A model generated the notes under the pieces. The model made no database searches. It was not told the DNA's origin and saw only the letters and a list, made by a program, of their open reading frames with translations. Below are positions 39,249-49,484 of a stretch of DNA of 64,000 bases, piece after piece. Location of the stretch: NCBI GenBank assembly GCA_965200355.1, contig OZ241351.1, positions 44,896 through 108,895 of the forward strand, written 5' to 3'. How positions within the stretch are numbered: the first letter of the stretch is position 1; each line of letters starts with the position of its first letter. Position numbers and translations under genes: made by a program. The DNA is from an uncultured Candidatus Binatia bacterium (GTDB taxonomy: Bacteria > Desulfobacterota > Binatia > Bin18).

Positions 39249-40196
39249 ATGCCGCTGGAAAGTTTGCTGACCCTGGTGGAAAAACTTTGCGAGCGGATTG
39301 ACGTTCATGGGAAGGAGCTTCGCCAGAATGAGGCCCTGACCCGATACGCGCTGATTGACCCCCTGTTGCGGGAACTCGGTTGGGACACCGAAGACCCCAA
39401 CTTGGTAATACCTGGGTATACAGGGGTCGGCGGGTCGGCAGATTACGCCTTGCTCAGTGGCGATAAGCCTCTCATGATAGTAGAGGCGAAGAAACTGGAT
39501 ACGTCTCTGAGAAATGAAAAGGTGCTCACCCAGGGGCTTGCGTACTGCCAGCAGCAAGGCACTCGCTATCTTTCGGTCACTGATGGGAGACGCTGGGAAA
39601 TCTATGAAACCCATAAACTGGCCAGCATAGACGAAAAGCGAATAGTCGAGTTCGACTTGAAGAGCCAGGCGGCTGCCGAGGCGTGTCTGAAAGCGTTGGC
39701 GTTGTGGGAGATTCGAATGTCAGGCCAAGTTGCTCCTGAGCAAACCCCGGTTGTTAGACCGCCTCACAACCAGCCTGACTCTAAGGAGCCTCCAACCCTT
39801 CCGCCGACACCTCCAAGCCCGGAGGGATGGCAACCACTATCGGAGTTGAGTCCACAACTGGGCGATCACCCCCCGGTAAAAATTCAGTTCCCCGACGGCT
39901 CCGATGTCCCGGTTAATAGGTGGAAAGGGCTATTAGTTGGTGTCGTGCAGTGGCTCGAAAAAAACAGGCTCCTCACGGCAAGCCACTGCCCTCTTCGTAT
40001 GGTGCCGAAAAGCAAAAGATACGTGGTATCGACCGATCCTATTCATTCGGACGGGCAAAAGTTCAAGGCTCCCGCCCAAGCGGGGTCACTACGTATTGAG
40101 ACAAATGGAAGTAGCAAATCAATAGCCCAGGTGACTCGAACCATCATCAAGCACGTAGGCCAAAACCCGGCGCAATTCAAAGTCCGGTTTGCCTGA
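39249..40196 (+). CDS. Stand-alone HsdR-N-type PD-(D/E)XK endonuclease with extra C-terminal domain
   Basis: NEALTRYALIDPLLRELGW, ADYAL..IVEAKK, QGLAYC, VTDGRRW. Confidence 0.8.
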   Translation: MPLESLLTLVEKLCERIDVHGKELRQNEALTRYALIDPLLRELGWDTEDPNLVIPGYTGVGGSADYALLSGDKPLMIVEAKKLDTSLRNEKVLTQGLAYCQQQGTRYLSVTDGRRWEIYETHKLASIDEKRIVEFDLKSQAAAEACLKALALWEIRMSGQVAPEQTPVVRPPHNQPDSKEPPTLPPTPPSPEGWQPLSELSPQLGDHPPVKIQFPDGSDVPVNRWKGLLVGVVQWLEKNRLLTASHCPLRMVPKSKRYVVSTDPIHSDGQKFKAPAQAGSLRIETNGSSKSIAQVTRTIIKHVGQNPAQFKVRFA

Positions 40197-40234
40197 TATG
40201 ATTTTGATGTCTGAAGCGCAGATGAGGGGATCAC

Positions 40235-40561
40235 ATGAATGAAAATCGCATACGGTCGGTATTGAGCGTCTCGTGCCATGTTCAATCAGACGAAGTGGGC
40301 TATATCTCGCATTGCCCGGCCTTGGACGTCTTCAGTCAGGGGGAAACCAAGGAAGAGGCGCTCGATAATCTTGCTGAGGCGCTTCAGTTGTTTGTTGAGT
40401 CCTGCCATGCGCGTGGCACCTTGGACGCGGTTCTCAAAGAACGCGGGTTTCAGGCCGATCCCGCTCCACCCTCTATTGAACACCTACCCTCCGGGGAACG
40501 TCGTTCCCCCCCGGCGTCCCAGATTGATGTCCAGATTCCCCTCATGGTTCAACATGCCTAA
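40235..40561 (+). CDS. hicB: HicB family antitoxin
   Basis: YISHCPALDVFSQGETKEEALDNLAEAL. Confidence 0.88.
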   Translation: MNENRIRSVLSVSCHVQSDEVGYISHCPALDVFSQGETKEEALDNLAEALQLFVESCHARGTLDAVLKERGFQADPAPPSIEHLPSGERRSPPASQIDVQIPLMVQHA

Positions 40562-40787
40562 TCGGCTTGCGCCAGTGGATTGGCGGACCCTTGTTCGCAT
40601 TTTCGAGGCGGATGGATTTGAGATAGATCGTCAAGCTGGCTCACACATCATCATGGTGAAGCCCAATGTAGACCGACCGATTGTCATCCCCCGGTACAAA
40701 ACGGTCGGGGTCAATATCATTCAGGCAAATCTCCGAACAGCCAGCATGTCACGGGAGAGATATTTCGCGTTGCTGACGAGACTGTAG
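40554..40787 (+). CDS. hicA: HicA family toxin
   Basis: GFEIDRQAGSHIIM..PIVIP; overlaps the hicB end. Confidence 0.88.
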   Translation: MPNRLAPVDWRTLVRIFEADGFEIDRQAGSHIIMVKPNVDRPIVIPRYKTVGVNIIQANLRTASMSRERYFALLTRL

Positions 40788-40833
40788 CCGGCTTGTCACA
40801 GCAGGTGATGAAGATGCTCGCCGGCCCAGCGCC

Positions 40834-41184
40834 TTACCCAATCTCCACGTCTTCGACAATAAATATGCGGGAGTTGGCGAAGTCCACAAATTTTGCCTCA
40901 TCCGGGCGGATAATTTCGAGATAGCGGGGATGGGTAAACGCCGTGCCAATATCCTCCACGCTGTCAAACCACAGCTCAGCAATGCCGTCGAAGGGCTCAT
41001 AATCTGAGGGCGGGAAGCCCGGCACGGGATCGGTAAGCGTATGACCCTGGACATATTTGCGGACGTACTGCCAGAACTCCGGCACGCTTTTCACCAGCGG
41101 ACCGTGATTATTTTTCCAGTAGTCCTGAAACTCGGCCGCACTCATCCCGGCCTTACGGCGCACACACCCAATGAATTTCACCAT
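40834..41184 (-). CDS. EthD domain protein
   Basis: RRKAGMS..EFQDYW..HGPL, YVQGH, DGIAELWFD, PDEAKFVD. Confidence 0.88.
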   Translation of the reverse strand: MVKFIGCVRRKAGMSAAEFQDYWKNNHGPLVKSVPEFWQYVRKYVQGHTLTDPVPGFPPSDYEPFDGIAELWFDSVEDIGTAFTHPRYLEIIRPDEAKFVDFANSRIFIVEDVEIG

Positions 41185-41370
41185 CGTTATCCCCTCCATC
41201 GAAAGTTGGACAAAAAATACTCGCTGGCATGGTTCAGCAAATCCGTGTACGAGTCAAGTTGCCAGCCCCCGAAGGAGGTTGCCTTTTGGACCTTGTGTGA
41301 TTGATAGAGGCTTACGCACAGAAGATGAAGCGCTAAGAGCGCAAACACCGGCCTAGGAAAGGAGAGCACC

Positions 41371-42237
41371 ATGCAAACCATCAGCAAGGAGCATATTGTC
41401 CGTACCTTTGACGCGGCCCATCCGCCCGCGGCGCGCGTCCAGCCCGGAGAAGTCTTTGTCATGGAAACCAACGACCGTTTCCGGGATTGGACCGATGGCG
41501 GTCGGTGGCCCACGGAGCAGTTGTCCGTGATGACCGGCCCGGTGTGTATCGAAGGCGCTCAGCCTGGCCACACCCTGGCTATCGAAGTGCTGGACATTCG
41601 GCCGGCATTAGGCTTCGGCTATGTGGTCGCGATTCCGGGCTACGGGCTGCTCAAGGACCAAGTTGAGTTCTGCAAAAAGGTCGTGCCCATTGAGGGTAAT
41701 CGTATTCGCTACAGCGACGAGATCAGCCTGCCGTTTATACCGAATATCAGCAAAATTGGTCTTGCTCCTGCCGAAGAGGCCCGGCCGAGCAACGCGGTTG
41801 GCGCTTTTGGCGGCCAACTCAGCAACAGCCAGCTTGGCATCGGTTCCACCGTGTTTTTGCCGGTGCATGTCGAGGGCGGCCTGCTGACCATAGAAGACGT
41901 GCACGCGCGGATGGGCGATGGTGAGGCAACGGCTTCGGCGGTTGAGATCGCGGCGGAAGTGACCTTGCGCTGCCGCGTCGCCCACGAATTTCCGGTGCAG
42001 CGACCGCTGGTCATCACCCGAGATGAAGTCCTCACTATGGGTGACGGGGAGACGATGGAGGTCGCCGCCCGTCAGGCCCTGGAAGACCTGTCCGGCCTCT
42101 TAGTAGACCGGGCCGGGGTCAACCCGACCGAAGCCGCCATGCTGGCCAGCGTGGCCGCCGACCTCCGCATTTCAGAAGTGGCCGGCTCTCCGTGCCATGT
42201 ACGGGCCGCAATAGACCGGGACATCCTTCATTTATAG
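41371..42237 (+). CDS. Acetamidase/formamidase family protein
   Basis: VQPGEVFVMET, TGPVCIEGAQPG, FGGQL, DVHARMGDGE. Confidence 0.85.
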   Translation: MQTISKEHIVRTFDAAHPPAARVQPGEVFVMETNDRFRDWTDGGRWPTEQLSVMTGPVCIEGAQPGHTLAIEVLDIRPALGFGYVVAIPGYGLLKDQVEFCKKVVPIEGNRIRYSDEISLPFIPNISKIGLAPAEEARPSNAVGAFGGQLSNSQLGIGSTVFLPVHVEGGLLTIEDVHARMGDGEATASAVEIAAEVTLRCRVAHEFPVQRPLVITRDEVLTMGDGETMEVAARQALEDLSGLLVDRAGVNPTEAAMLASVAADLRISEVAGSPCHVRAAIDRDILHL

Positions 42238-42249
42238 AAGGCTGCTCCC

Positions 42250-42864
42250 CTACCTCTTTGGGGCCTGCCCGAACGATCCGCTGCCGGAGTCCAGAAACGC
42301 CTGTTCTTCCGGGGTGGACGTTCGTCCGAGCAGAACGTTCCGGTGCGGAAAGCGACCGAAGCGCTGAATAATGGACAGATGCTTGCGGGCCGAGCCTTGC
42401 AAATTTTCAACCAGCGCCGTCCACTCCGTAGGCGCGGTCGCCAGTATGGCCTCCCCTCGGCGCACCGATTCTTCTTGAAGGGCCAAGTCCTCGGCGTGCT
42501 GGAAGGGCATCAGACAAAACAGTTGCTCCAGCGCGTGCAAAGAAGAGTCAAGACAACGCGCCAAACCGCGCGTGGCGACGCCTTGCGCCAAGGGGTCAGC
42601 CGCAAAGGCCGCGGCCGTGCCGCGATAGAGATTCCGCGGCAGTTGATCGAGTGCGATAATCAGCGCCAGCCAGCCACGAGGCTGAGACTCCCAGGACGCC
42701 AATCTGCCGGACTGAGCCTGCCTGACGAGGCCGGCAAAACGGGTGCGGATGATGGCATCGGTTTCGGGTGCGGCCTGAAACCAAAAAAGATAGCGCTCTT
42801 CGGCCTTGCGCGCGTCCGAGGCCGCGTCGGCAAACCAGAACTGAAGCAGATGTTCGGGGTCCAT
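42250..42864 (-). CDS. DUF924 family protein
   Basis: FWF, LDQLPRNLYRG, MPFQHAE, RFGRFPHRN..LGR. Confidence 0.92.
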   Translation of the reverse strand: MDPEHLLQFWFADAASDARKAEERYLFWFQAAPETDAIIRTRFAGLVRQAQSGRLASWESQPRGWLALIIALDQLPRNLYRGTAAAFAADPLAQGVATRGLARCLDSSLHALEQLFCLMPFQHAEDLALQEESVRRGEAILATAPTEWTALVENLQGSARKHLSIIQRFGRFPHRNVLLGRTSTPEEQAFLDSGSGSFGQAPKR

Positions 42865-42875
42865 AGGCGTCCGGC

Positions 42876-43538
42876 TTATCTATTTGACGAGAGAACCCTG
42901 ACCGTCTCCCCGTCTTGAACCAGCACGGTGGGGTTCATCCCCACAAACAGCCCGGTGCCAACAACGCCAGGAATGGAGAGGAGGCGGTGCTCAAATGCCA
43001 CGGGCTGGGCAATCGGACCAATCGCGCAGTCAATCAGGGCGTTTCCGTTATCAGAGACAAACGGCCCGGATTCGGTCTGCCGTGGGGTGGGCTCGCAAGC
43101 CAAGGCACGGAGCCGCCGGCAGCAGGGCGCAAGCCCGAACGGCACCACCTCAACCGGCAGTCTGCCCCGCTCTCCGAGCGCTGAGACCAGCTTTTCAGCG
43201 CCCACCAACACAATAAATTGCTGGGCTGCCGCGGCCACGATTTTTTCGCGCACCAGGGCTCCGCCATAGCCTTTGATCAGGTTCCGGTCGGGATCAACCT
43301 CATCCGCCCCATCGACAGCAATATCAATCGTCTCAACAGCGTCAAAAGTCGTCAGGGGAATGCCAAGCTCCTGGGCGAGAGCCCGCGTGGCCTGGGAGGT
43401 CGGAATCCCACGAATGCGTAAGCCGGCGTGGACCCGAGCGCCCAGCGCGCGCACAAAGGCGCTTGCGGCCCGGCCCGTGCCCAGACCGACAACATCTCCG
43501 TCTTTCACCAATTCGAGGGCGCGTTCAGTGATGGTCAT
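42876..43538 (-). CDS. rpiA: Ribose-5-phosphate isomerase A
   Basis: GLGTG, DGADEVD, KGYGGALVREKIV. Confidence 0.95.
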   Translation of the reverse strand: MTITERALELVKDGDVVGLGTGRAASAFVRALGARVHAGLRIRGIPTSQATRALAQELGIPLTTFDAVETIDIAVDGADEVDPDRNLIKGYGGALVREKIVAAAAQQFIVLVGAEKLVSALGERGRLPVEVVPFGLAPCCRRLRALACEPTPRQTESGPFVSDNGNALIDCAIGPIAQPVAFEHRLLSIPGVVGTGLFVGMNPTVLVQDGETVRVLSSNR

Positions 43539-43567
43539 ACCGTGCTCTGCTGGGTCAGGACAGACCG

Positions 43568-46432
43568 CTAGGCCAGGGCTTGCCTGATGGTCTCTCGTAA
43601 GGTGTGCAAGCCGGCGAGTACGTCCGGTCCGAGGTGAACGCGCAGCACGCGCCGGCCCCGTTCGGCCAGCACCGCAAAGTCGCCCTGGGCTTGAAAGTCT
43701 TTCAGCCGGCCAAAACTGTAATTTTGACCGGGAATGGCGAGGTCATGGGCATCGTCTGACGTAATCTGAAGGAACACCCCGGAGTTGGGACCGCCCTTAT
43801 GCAACTGGCCGGTGGAATGCAGGAAGCGCGGCCCAAAGCCAAGGGTGGTGGCGACTTGCTTCGCGTCCCGGACATCGCGGCGCAGGGCCTGCAACGCGGC
43901 GCGGGTTTCCTGGTTCATTTCAAGATAGGCGTTGAGCGCAAAATAATCGCCGGCCCGAAGCCGCCCGAGGTGGGCACCAAGCACGGCCACCGCGTCCTGG
44001 CCGGCCGCCACGGCTTGCAGGGCGTGCGTATTAGCGGCGTCGGCGAAGAAGCGCAGCCCCCGGTCTGCGAGAAAAGGCGTCGCGGCCGGCGCGTGGCCGG
44101 TCTCTTCAAACGCCGCGGTCAGTTGTCGGGTCGCCCTTTTGCTGGCTTCGACGTCGGGCTGATTAAAAGCGTGAACCCCGAGCAGGGCGCTGGCCACCGC
44201 GGTAGCCATTGCCCAGCGAAAAAACTCCTGACCAAGACTGAGCCTATCTTCAAGGCTGATGCGCACAACCGGCTGACCGGCTTTTTCGAGATCGTCCAGG
44301 CGAGTGTCCTGCTCAGCCGCCGGCGCGCTGTTGAGCCGAATATAGATGAAGAGCCGGTCCCGCCCATAGACTTCGGGCCGGCCCAGCGGCTCGGCGTCGA
44401 TGGGAATCAGCCCGTGGCCCTCCTTGCCAGTTGATTCGGCGATGAGCTGTTCCAGCCACGCGCCCAAGCCGTCAAGGCCCGGTGAGGTGACAAGCGTCAC
44501 TTTGTCTCGGCCGTGGTGCGCCAGGGTGCCCATAATAATGCCCAGCCTGACACCCGGATTGACCTCGGGCGGAACACTGGCCGAGCAGGCCTGGACCATC
44601 AGGGCAGAGCGGTCCAGAAAACGCTGTACATCAATGCCCATCAGCGCGGCGGGGACCAGGCCAAAATTCGACAGGGCCGCATACCGTCCGCCGATGCTGG
44701 GCACTCCCGGCAGGATGGCCCGGAACCGCCGGTGTCTGGCCTGCTGTTGGAGTGGGCTGGCCGGGTCAGTGATCGCGATAAACCGCGCGCCAGCCCGGTC
44801 CGCGCCAAGCGCCTGGGCCAACTGGTCAAAGAAGTAGTGCGTCAAGACCGTCGGTTCGGTTGTCCGGCCCGACTTTGAAGACACAAGACACAGCGTCTTC
44901 CTGGGGTCAATTTTTTGCGCATATGCGCGGATTTGGGCCGGGACGGTTGAGTCAAGCACGAGGAGTTCGGGCCAGCCGTCGAGCACGCCAAAGGTGCGTT
45001 TCAGGACCTCGGGGCATAAACTTGACCCGCCCATGCCAAGCAGGAGTATATGCCGAATATCGTCGGCCCTGATTTCTTCGGCGAGCTGCACCAGGGGACG
45101 GAGGTTGGTGCGTTGCGCTTCCACAATATCGAGCCAGCCAAGCCAGTCGTCCTCATCCTGGCCCGACCAGAGCGCGGGGTCCTTCTGCCACAAGCGCCGG
45201 ACTTTTCCCTGTGTCCGCCAGTCTTTCAGCTTGGCGTCAATGCGAGCGGAAGCGCCAGCCAGATGAGAGGTCTGTTGGGCGAATGCCCTGCCCAGCAGGG
45301 CTTGGCGCTTGCGTTCGATGGAACTGAGCAGGGAGTCAAACGGTTCAACGAATTTCCGTACACCTTCGTCCAGGAGTTGGGCGGTGGCGGCGGGTAAAGA
45401 CACGCCGACCTCGGCCACAGTGCGGATGATAGTCCGGGCGGCCTCTATATTGTCTTCCCAGTTGGCGGTCAGGCGTGGCTCGGCCCGGCCTTCATCACGA
45501 AAGGCCGCAAAGGTTTCAGCCGGGAGGGTATTAACGGTATCCGGGCCAATCAGTTCGTCAACATACAGCGTTTTGGCATAGCGTGGATTTTTCGTGCTCG
45601 TACTGGCCCAGAGGAGGCGTTGCGGGCGGGCACCGTGTGCTTCGAGGGCGCGCCAGCGTTCGCTGGCCAGCAGGTTTTTATACGTTGCATAGGCAATTTT
45701 TGCGTTCGCAATGGCGACTTTCCCGAGCAGACCTGCGAGCTTGGCCTTTTGCTCGGCCCGGTCCGCGGTCTCAAGAGCCTGGCTGAGTTTTTCGTCGATC
45801 AGGGTGTCGATACGGCTGATGAAAAAGCTGGCGACACTCGCCACGGTACTCAGGTTCCCGCCCTTTTGGGCGCGTTGCTCCAGGCCGTCCAGGTAGGCCC
45901 CAGCCACCGCTTCATACGCTTCGACCGCAAAGAGCAGGGTCACATTGATATTGATCCCCTCACCGATCAACTGAGCGATGGCCGGCACGCCGGCTTGGGT
46001 GGCCGGCACCTTAATCATGACATTATCCCGATCAACCAGTGCGTACAGACGCCGGGCTTCTTGAAGAGTGCCTTGCGTGTCATGGGCCAGATGGGGAGAG
46101 ACTTCAAGGCTGACATAACCGTCTTTGCCCTCGGTTTTCCGGTAGACTGCACGCAACACGTCCGCGGCCATGCGGATGTCTTGAATCGCCAGACGCTCAT
46201 AGACGTCCAGGGCTGACCCGACCCCCTGTTCGACCAGGGCCTGCATGGGTTGATCGTAATCGGCACTCCCGGTCAGCGCCTTCTCAAAAATGGCCGGGTT
46301 TGACGTGATGCCCAGCAGGCCGTCCTGCTCAACCAGAGCCTGGAGATCCCCGGAAGTGATGAGGCTGCGGTGGATATTGTCATACCAGATACTTTGCCCC
46401 CATTGCTGGACAGCAACCAATGGATTTTCCAT
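43568..46432 (-). CDS. Bifunctional transaldolase/phosphoglucose isomerase
   Basis: TSNPAIF, MIKVPAT, QRLLWAST (Tal) fused to GMGGS, SSKSG, GGRY, FNQPDVEASK (Pgi). Confidence 0.93.
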   Translation of the reverse strand: MENPLVAVQQWGQSIWYDNIHRSLITSGDLQALVEQDGLLGITSNPAIFEKALTGSADYDQPMQALVEQGVGSALDVYERLAIQDIRMAADVLRAVYRKTEGKDGYVSLEVSPHLAHDTQGTLQEARRLYALVDRDNVMIKVPATQAGVPAIAQLIGEGININVTLLFAVEAYEAVAGAYLDGLEQRAQKGGNLSTVASVASFFISRIDTLIDEKLSQALETADRAEQKAKLAGLLGKVAIANAKIAYATYKNLLASERWRALEAHGARPQRLLWASTSTKNPRYAKTLYVDELIGPDTVNTLPAETFAAFRDEGRAEPRLTANWEDNIEAARTIIRTVAEVGVSLPAATAQLLDEGVRKFVEPFDSLLSSIERKRQALLGRAFAQQTSHLAGASARIDAKLKDWRTQGKVRRLWQKDPALWSGQDEDDWLGWLDIVEAQRTNLRPLVQLAEEIRADDIRHILLLGMGGSSLCPEVLKRTFGVLDGWPELLVLDSTVPAQIRAYAQKIDPRKTLCLVSSKSGRTTEPTVLTHYFFDQLAQALGADRAGARFIAITDPASPLQQQARHRRFRAILPGVPSIGGRYAALSNFGLVPAALMGIDVQRFLDRSALMVQACSASVPPEVNPGVRLGIIMGTLAHHGRDKVTLVTSPGLDGLGAWLEQLIAESTGKEGHGLIPIDAEPLGRPEVYGRDRLFIYIRLNSAPAAEQDTRLDDLEKAGQPVVRISLEDRLSLGQEFFRWAMATAVASALLGVHAFNQPDVEASKRATRQLTAAFEETGHAPAATPFLADRGLRFFADAANTHALQAVAAGQDAVAVLGAHLGRLRAGDYFALNAYLEMNQETRAALQALRRDVRDAKQVATTLGFGPRFLHSTGQLHKGGPNSGVFLQITSDDAHDLAIPGQNYSFGRLKDFQAQGDFAVLAERGRRVLRVHLGPDVLAGLHTLRETIRQALA

Positions 46433-46492
46433 GCTCTTCCTCATATTCATCCGCCCTACGAGACGGGTCCCGCTCCAAGGCTCTCCAGGCAC

Positions 46493-46966
46493 TCAATCCG
46501 GCGGCTCGGATTGTGCGCCCGCGGCCCGCGCGAGCCGGGCTTCGGGCTGAGAGACGGCCTGGGGACGGTCGCGACGTGCGTCAACGATACAGAAAAACCC
46601 AAAGGGCTCAGCGTCGTCAGCCAGAAATTGATGCGGGGTCCAGGGCGCGACATAGACGGTATCGAGCGCCTGCATCTCCCAGGCGCGGTCGTTGAGCACC
46701 ACCCGCCCCTGCCCGCGCACAGCAATCACCACATGCGCGTGGGCGTGTTTCTCCAAGCTGGAGTAGCCGCCCGGTTCGATTTCAAAATAGCGCAGGTGAA
46801 AGCCGGTCTTTTCGGCCTGTTTGCCGACCAGAACCTGGCGAACAATGCTTTTCCATTCTCGTCCCGCTGCCTGTCCTTGCTTATAGGCTTCGCATTCGAC
46901 TGCGGACCAGGTGTACGGGGCGTGGCCTGTTTGCGCCCGCAGGAAACGAATGCCGGGAGCGGACAC
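46493..46966 (-). CDS. Cupin domain protein
   Basis: LRYFEIEPGGYSSLEKHAHAH..PHQF..FGFFCIVDARRDRP. Confidence 0.85.
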   Translation of the reverse strand: MSAPGIRFLRAQTGHAPYTWSAVECEAYKQGQAAGREWKSIVRQVLVGKQAEKTGFHLRYFEIEPGGYSSLEKHAHAHVVIAVRGQGRVVLNDRAWEMQALDTVYVAPWTPHQFLADDAEPFGFFCIVDARRDRPQAVSQPEARLARAAGAQSEPPD

Positions 46967-47028
46967 GGCCCCCCTTTTCCCGTGTGGGGGCTGCCGAGCA
47001 AAACGAGGCGGGGGCAAAATGGCCTTCC

Positions 47029-48075
47029 TCAACCAAACTCAATAATCGTCTTGAGTGAGTCCCGGGCTTCAGCCGCAGTGCGATAGGCCGTGTGGAGTTG
47101 GGCAAACGGAAAACGATGGGTGATGAATTGCTCAGCCGTAATGACGCCGGCCTGCACCAACCGCAACGCCTCGCGGGTATCGTTCGGTCCACACGAATAG
47201 CTGGGGATCAGCCGGACCTCGTTGAAGTACAGATCGTGGGGCGAGAGCGTCAGCCTATCCTCCGGTTTACTGGCCGTAAACAGCACCACGGTTCCGCCTT
47301 TGGCCGCACACCGCAGACCAAGCTGCATGGCTTCAATCGAACCCGGTCCGACAATGACGACCTCGGCCATCTCGCCCTGGGTATATTCCCGCAGCGCGTC
47401 CTCAATAGTGCCGGCTTCCACTTTGTGCGGATTCAGCGCAAGGTCGGCTCCAAGCTCACGTGCCTTTGTACAGCGGTATGGGACGAAATCCGTGCCAATA
47501 ATGGTGCGCGCCCCGGCGTGTTTGGCCAGGGCGACGTGCAACTGCCCCATGATGCCGAGTCCAATCACCAGGACGCTATCGCCGGCCTGAAACCCAGAGC
47601 GCCGCAGGGACTTGACCGCGCAGGCCGTGGGTTCGACCAGAGAGCCAGCCGCAAACGACATCGTATCAGGCAGGCGTAAGGTATCCCCGGACACATTTTC
47701 CTTGGGGACAACGAAGTATTCAGCCATGCCGCCGGGAATAATTTTTGTTGCCCGCCACGTTGGGCATTGGACAAACTCGCCGCGTTGACACACCCGGCAC
47801 GCAAAACACGGCGCGTGATGATGGACAAAGACCCGGTCGCCGGGCTGCACGTCTTCCACGCCCGCGCCGATTTCAACGATCTCCCCCGCCGGCTCATGCC
47901 CAAACACCAGCGGGGCCTTTTTCTTCATATACCAGCCCATCACATCGCCCGAGCAAATGCCGCACGTCCGCGTCTTCACCAGCGCCTCACCCGGCCCGAC
48001 CGGGGGGATAGGGGCGTCTTCAAAGCGAATATCGGTGGCGTCGTACAAACGAGCGACCTTCATCGTGGACATCAT
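47029..48075 (-). CDS. Zn-dependent (MDR) alcohol/polyol dehydrogenase
   Basis: CGICSGD, GHEPAG, C-C-C-C structural Zn, GLGIMG. Confidence 0.92.
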   Translation of the reverse strand: MMSTMKVARLYDATDIRFEDAPIPPVGPGEALVKTRTCGICSGDVMGWYMKKKAPLVFGHEPAGEIVEIGAGVEDVQPGDRVFVHHHAPCFACRVCQRGEFVQCPTWRATKIIPGGMAEYFVVPKENVSGDTLRLPDTMSFAAGSLVEPTACAVKSLRRSGFQAGDSVLVIGLGIMGQLHVALAKHAGARTIIGTDFVPYRCTKARELGADLALNPHKVEAGTIEDALREYTQGEMAEVVIVGPGSIEAMQLGLRCAAKGGTVVLFTASKPEDRLTLSPHDLYFNEVRLIPSYSCGPNDTREALRLVQAGVITAEQFITHRFPFAQLHTAYRTAAEARDSLKTIIEFG

Positions 48076-48107
48076 ACGGGGCGTTTCCTTCTGCGGGCGG
48101 GCGGCGC

Positions 48108-49106
48108 TCAGGCTGCCAGCAGCCACTTGGCCATGCGGAGCATATCCTGCGGGCTCTCGGGCAGTTTGCGCATGACCGAGGCTTCAAAGCCGGAGTGCAT
48201 GAGACAATTCTGACACAAGGCGTCTTCGCGTTTTTCCCAGTAGTCCCAATCTACCCCGTTCCAGAACTCGTCCCAGGTCTGGTAGTATTTCTTGCCAATC
48301 AAATAGCACGGGTCCTTCCAGCCAAAGGGTGTCCGGGTGACATTGCCCCACGGCGTACACGGATAGTCGCGCTCGCCGGCGGCAAATTCGAGAAACAGCG
48401 GCGTGAGCGAGACCTTGTAGCGCTCGGACAGTTTCAGCACCTGTTTGAACTTCTGATGAATCTCGTTCCGATACAGAAAATGATTCGTCTTCAGCGCCTC
48501 GTAATGATAGCCGGGCGAGATCATAATGCCGTCCACGCCAAGCCCGGTCAGCATTGCGCACATCTCTTCGATCTCGTCCATGCTGGTTTCGCGGAAGACC
48601 GTCGTGTTGGTACACATAGCGTAGCCAAGCTGTTTGCCGAGCTTGAGCATTTCAATCGCCTTGTCAAAGACGCCAGGCTTGGCGCACACAAAGTCATGCG
48701 TCTCGCGCATCCCATCCAGATGCACGTTGATGGACAGGCGCTTATGCGGTTTGCCGGTCTTGTAAAATCGCTCCAGTAAAATCCCGTTGGTACACAGATA
48801 GATATGGCGCTTGCGGTCGATAATCCCTTCGACCAGTTCCGGCAGCTCAGGATACACCGTGGGTTCTCCGCCACAAATCGACACCACCGGCGCACCGGAC
48901 TGCTCTACCGCCTCAAAGCAGTCTTCCAAAGAGAGCCGGTCCTTGAGGTCGCCCTGGTGCCGTTCCGGCGTACACCCCACACAGGCCAGATTACAGGTGT
49001 ATAAAGGCTCAAGCATAAGGACGACGGGGTAACGGGACTGGCCGCGCAGCTTGTTCTTGAGCTGCCACTTCATCATGTCGGTCGTGATATGTAAGGGAAA
49101 TCGCAT
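48108..49106 (-). CDS. hpnH: Adenosyl-hopene transferase (radical SAM)
   Basis: YPVVLMLEPLYTCNLACVGC, GGEP, CTPWGN, PCYL, CQNCLMHSGFE. Confidence 0.88.
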   Translation of the reverse strand: MRFPLHITTDMMKWQLKNKLRGQSRYPVVLMLEPLYTCNLACVGCTPERHQGDLKDRLSLEDCFEAVEQSGAPVVSICGGEPTVYPELPELVEGIIDRKRHIYLCTNGILLERFYKTGKPHKRLSINVHLDGMRETHDFVCAKPGVFDKAIEMLKLGKQLGYAMCTNTTVFRETSMDEIEEMCAMLTGLGVDGIMISPGYHYEALKTNHFLYRNEIHQKFKQVLKLSERYKVSLTPLFLEFAAGERDYPCTPWGNVTRTPFGWKDPCYLIGKKYYQTWDEFWNGVDWDYWEKREDALCQNCLMHSGFEASVMRKLPESPQDMLRMAKWLLAA

Positions 49107-49289
49107 ACTGTACCTCTGGCTTGTCGGGCCGTTTGGCCCCTGGGTCTCACCGGCTGACCGTTTGGTCAGGGGATATTACCGAGCCGTATCTCGGCTCGCA
49201 AGAGGGAAAAGCGGTCGTCTCTCAGCGTGTCCTTTTCCGCCCTTGCCTCCCACGCCGTTTTCCTTTACCTAGGCACCCTACGCCTACTT

Positions 49290-49349
49290 CCCCCCTGTGA
49301 AGGGGGCATAAGGGGGTTCTTCCTTACCGGGAGCGCGGGCATCCTGCCC
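49290..49349. repeat. Two short palindromic repeats
   Basis: CCCCCT-GTGA-AGGGGG hairpin with G-tail; GGGAGCGCGGGCATCCTGCCC as in the 36.7 kb and 52.2 kb elements. Confidence 0.6.
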
Positions 49350-49397
49350 ACAAAGGAGTCCCCCCTTGACAGCATAAAGGAGAGACTACGATGGACT

Positions 49398-49484
49398 TCA
49401 GCCCTCAGCCCTCAGCCCTCAGCCCTCAGCCCTCAGACGAGGTGCGAGCATGAGCCGGTCAGACGAGGCCCGAGCATGAGCCGG
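49398..49484 (+). repeat. (TCAGCCC)5 heptamer tract followed by a 26-bp tandem duplication
   Basis: TCAGCCC x5 at 49398-49432; TCAGACGAGGnnCGAGCATGAGCCGG at 49433-49458 and 49459-49484. Confidence 0.9.

Noticed and set aside
49398-49484. CRISPR array
   Set aside because: The repeats are directly tandem with no unique spacers and no cas genes are present; the same applies to the repeats at 18.0-18.1 kb.
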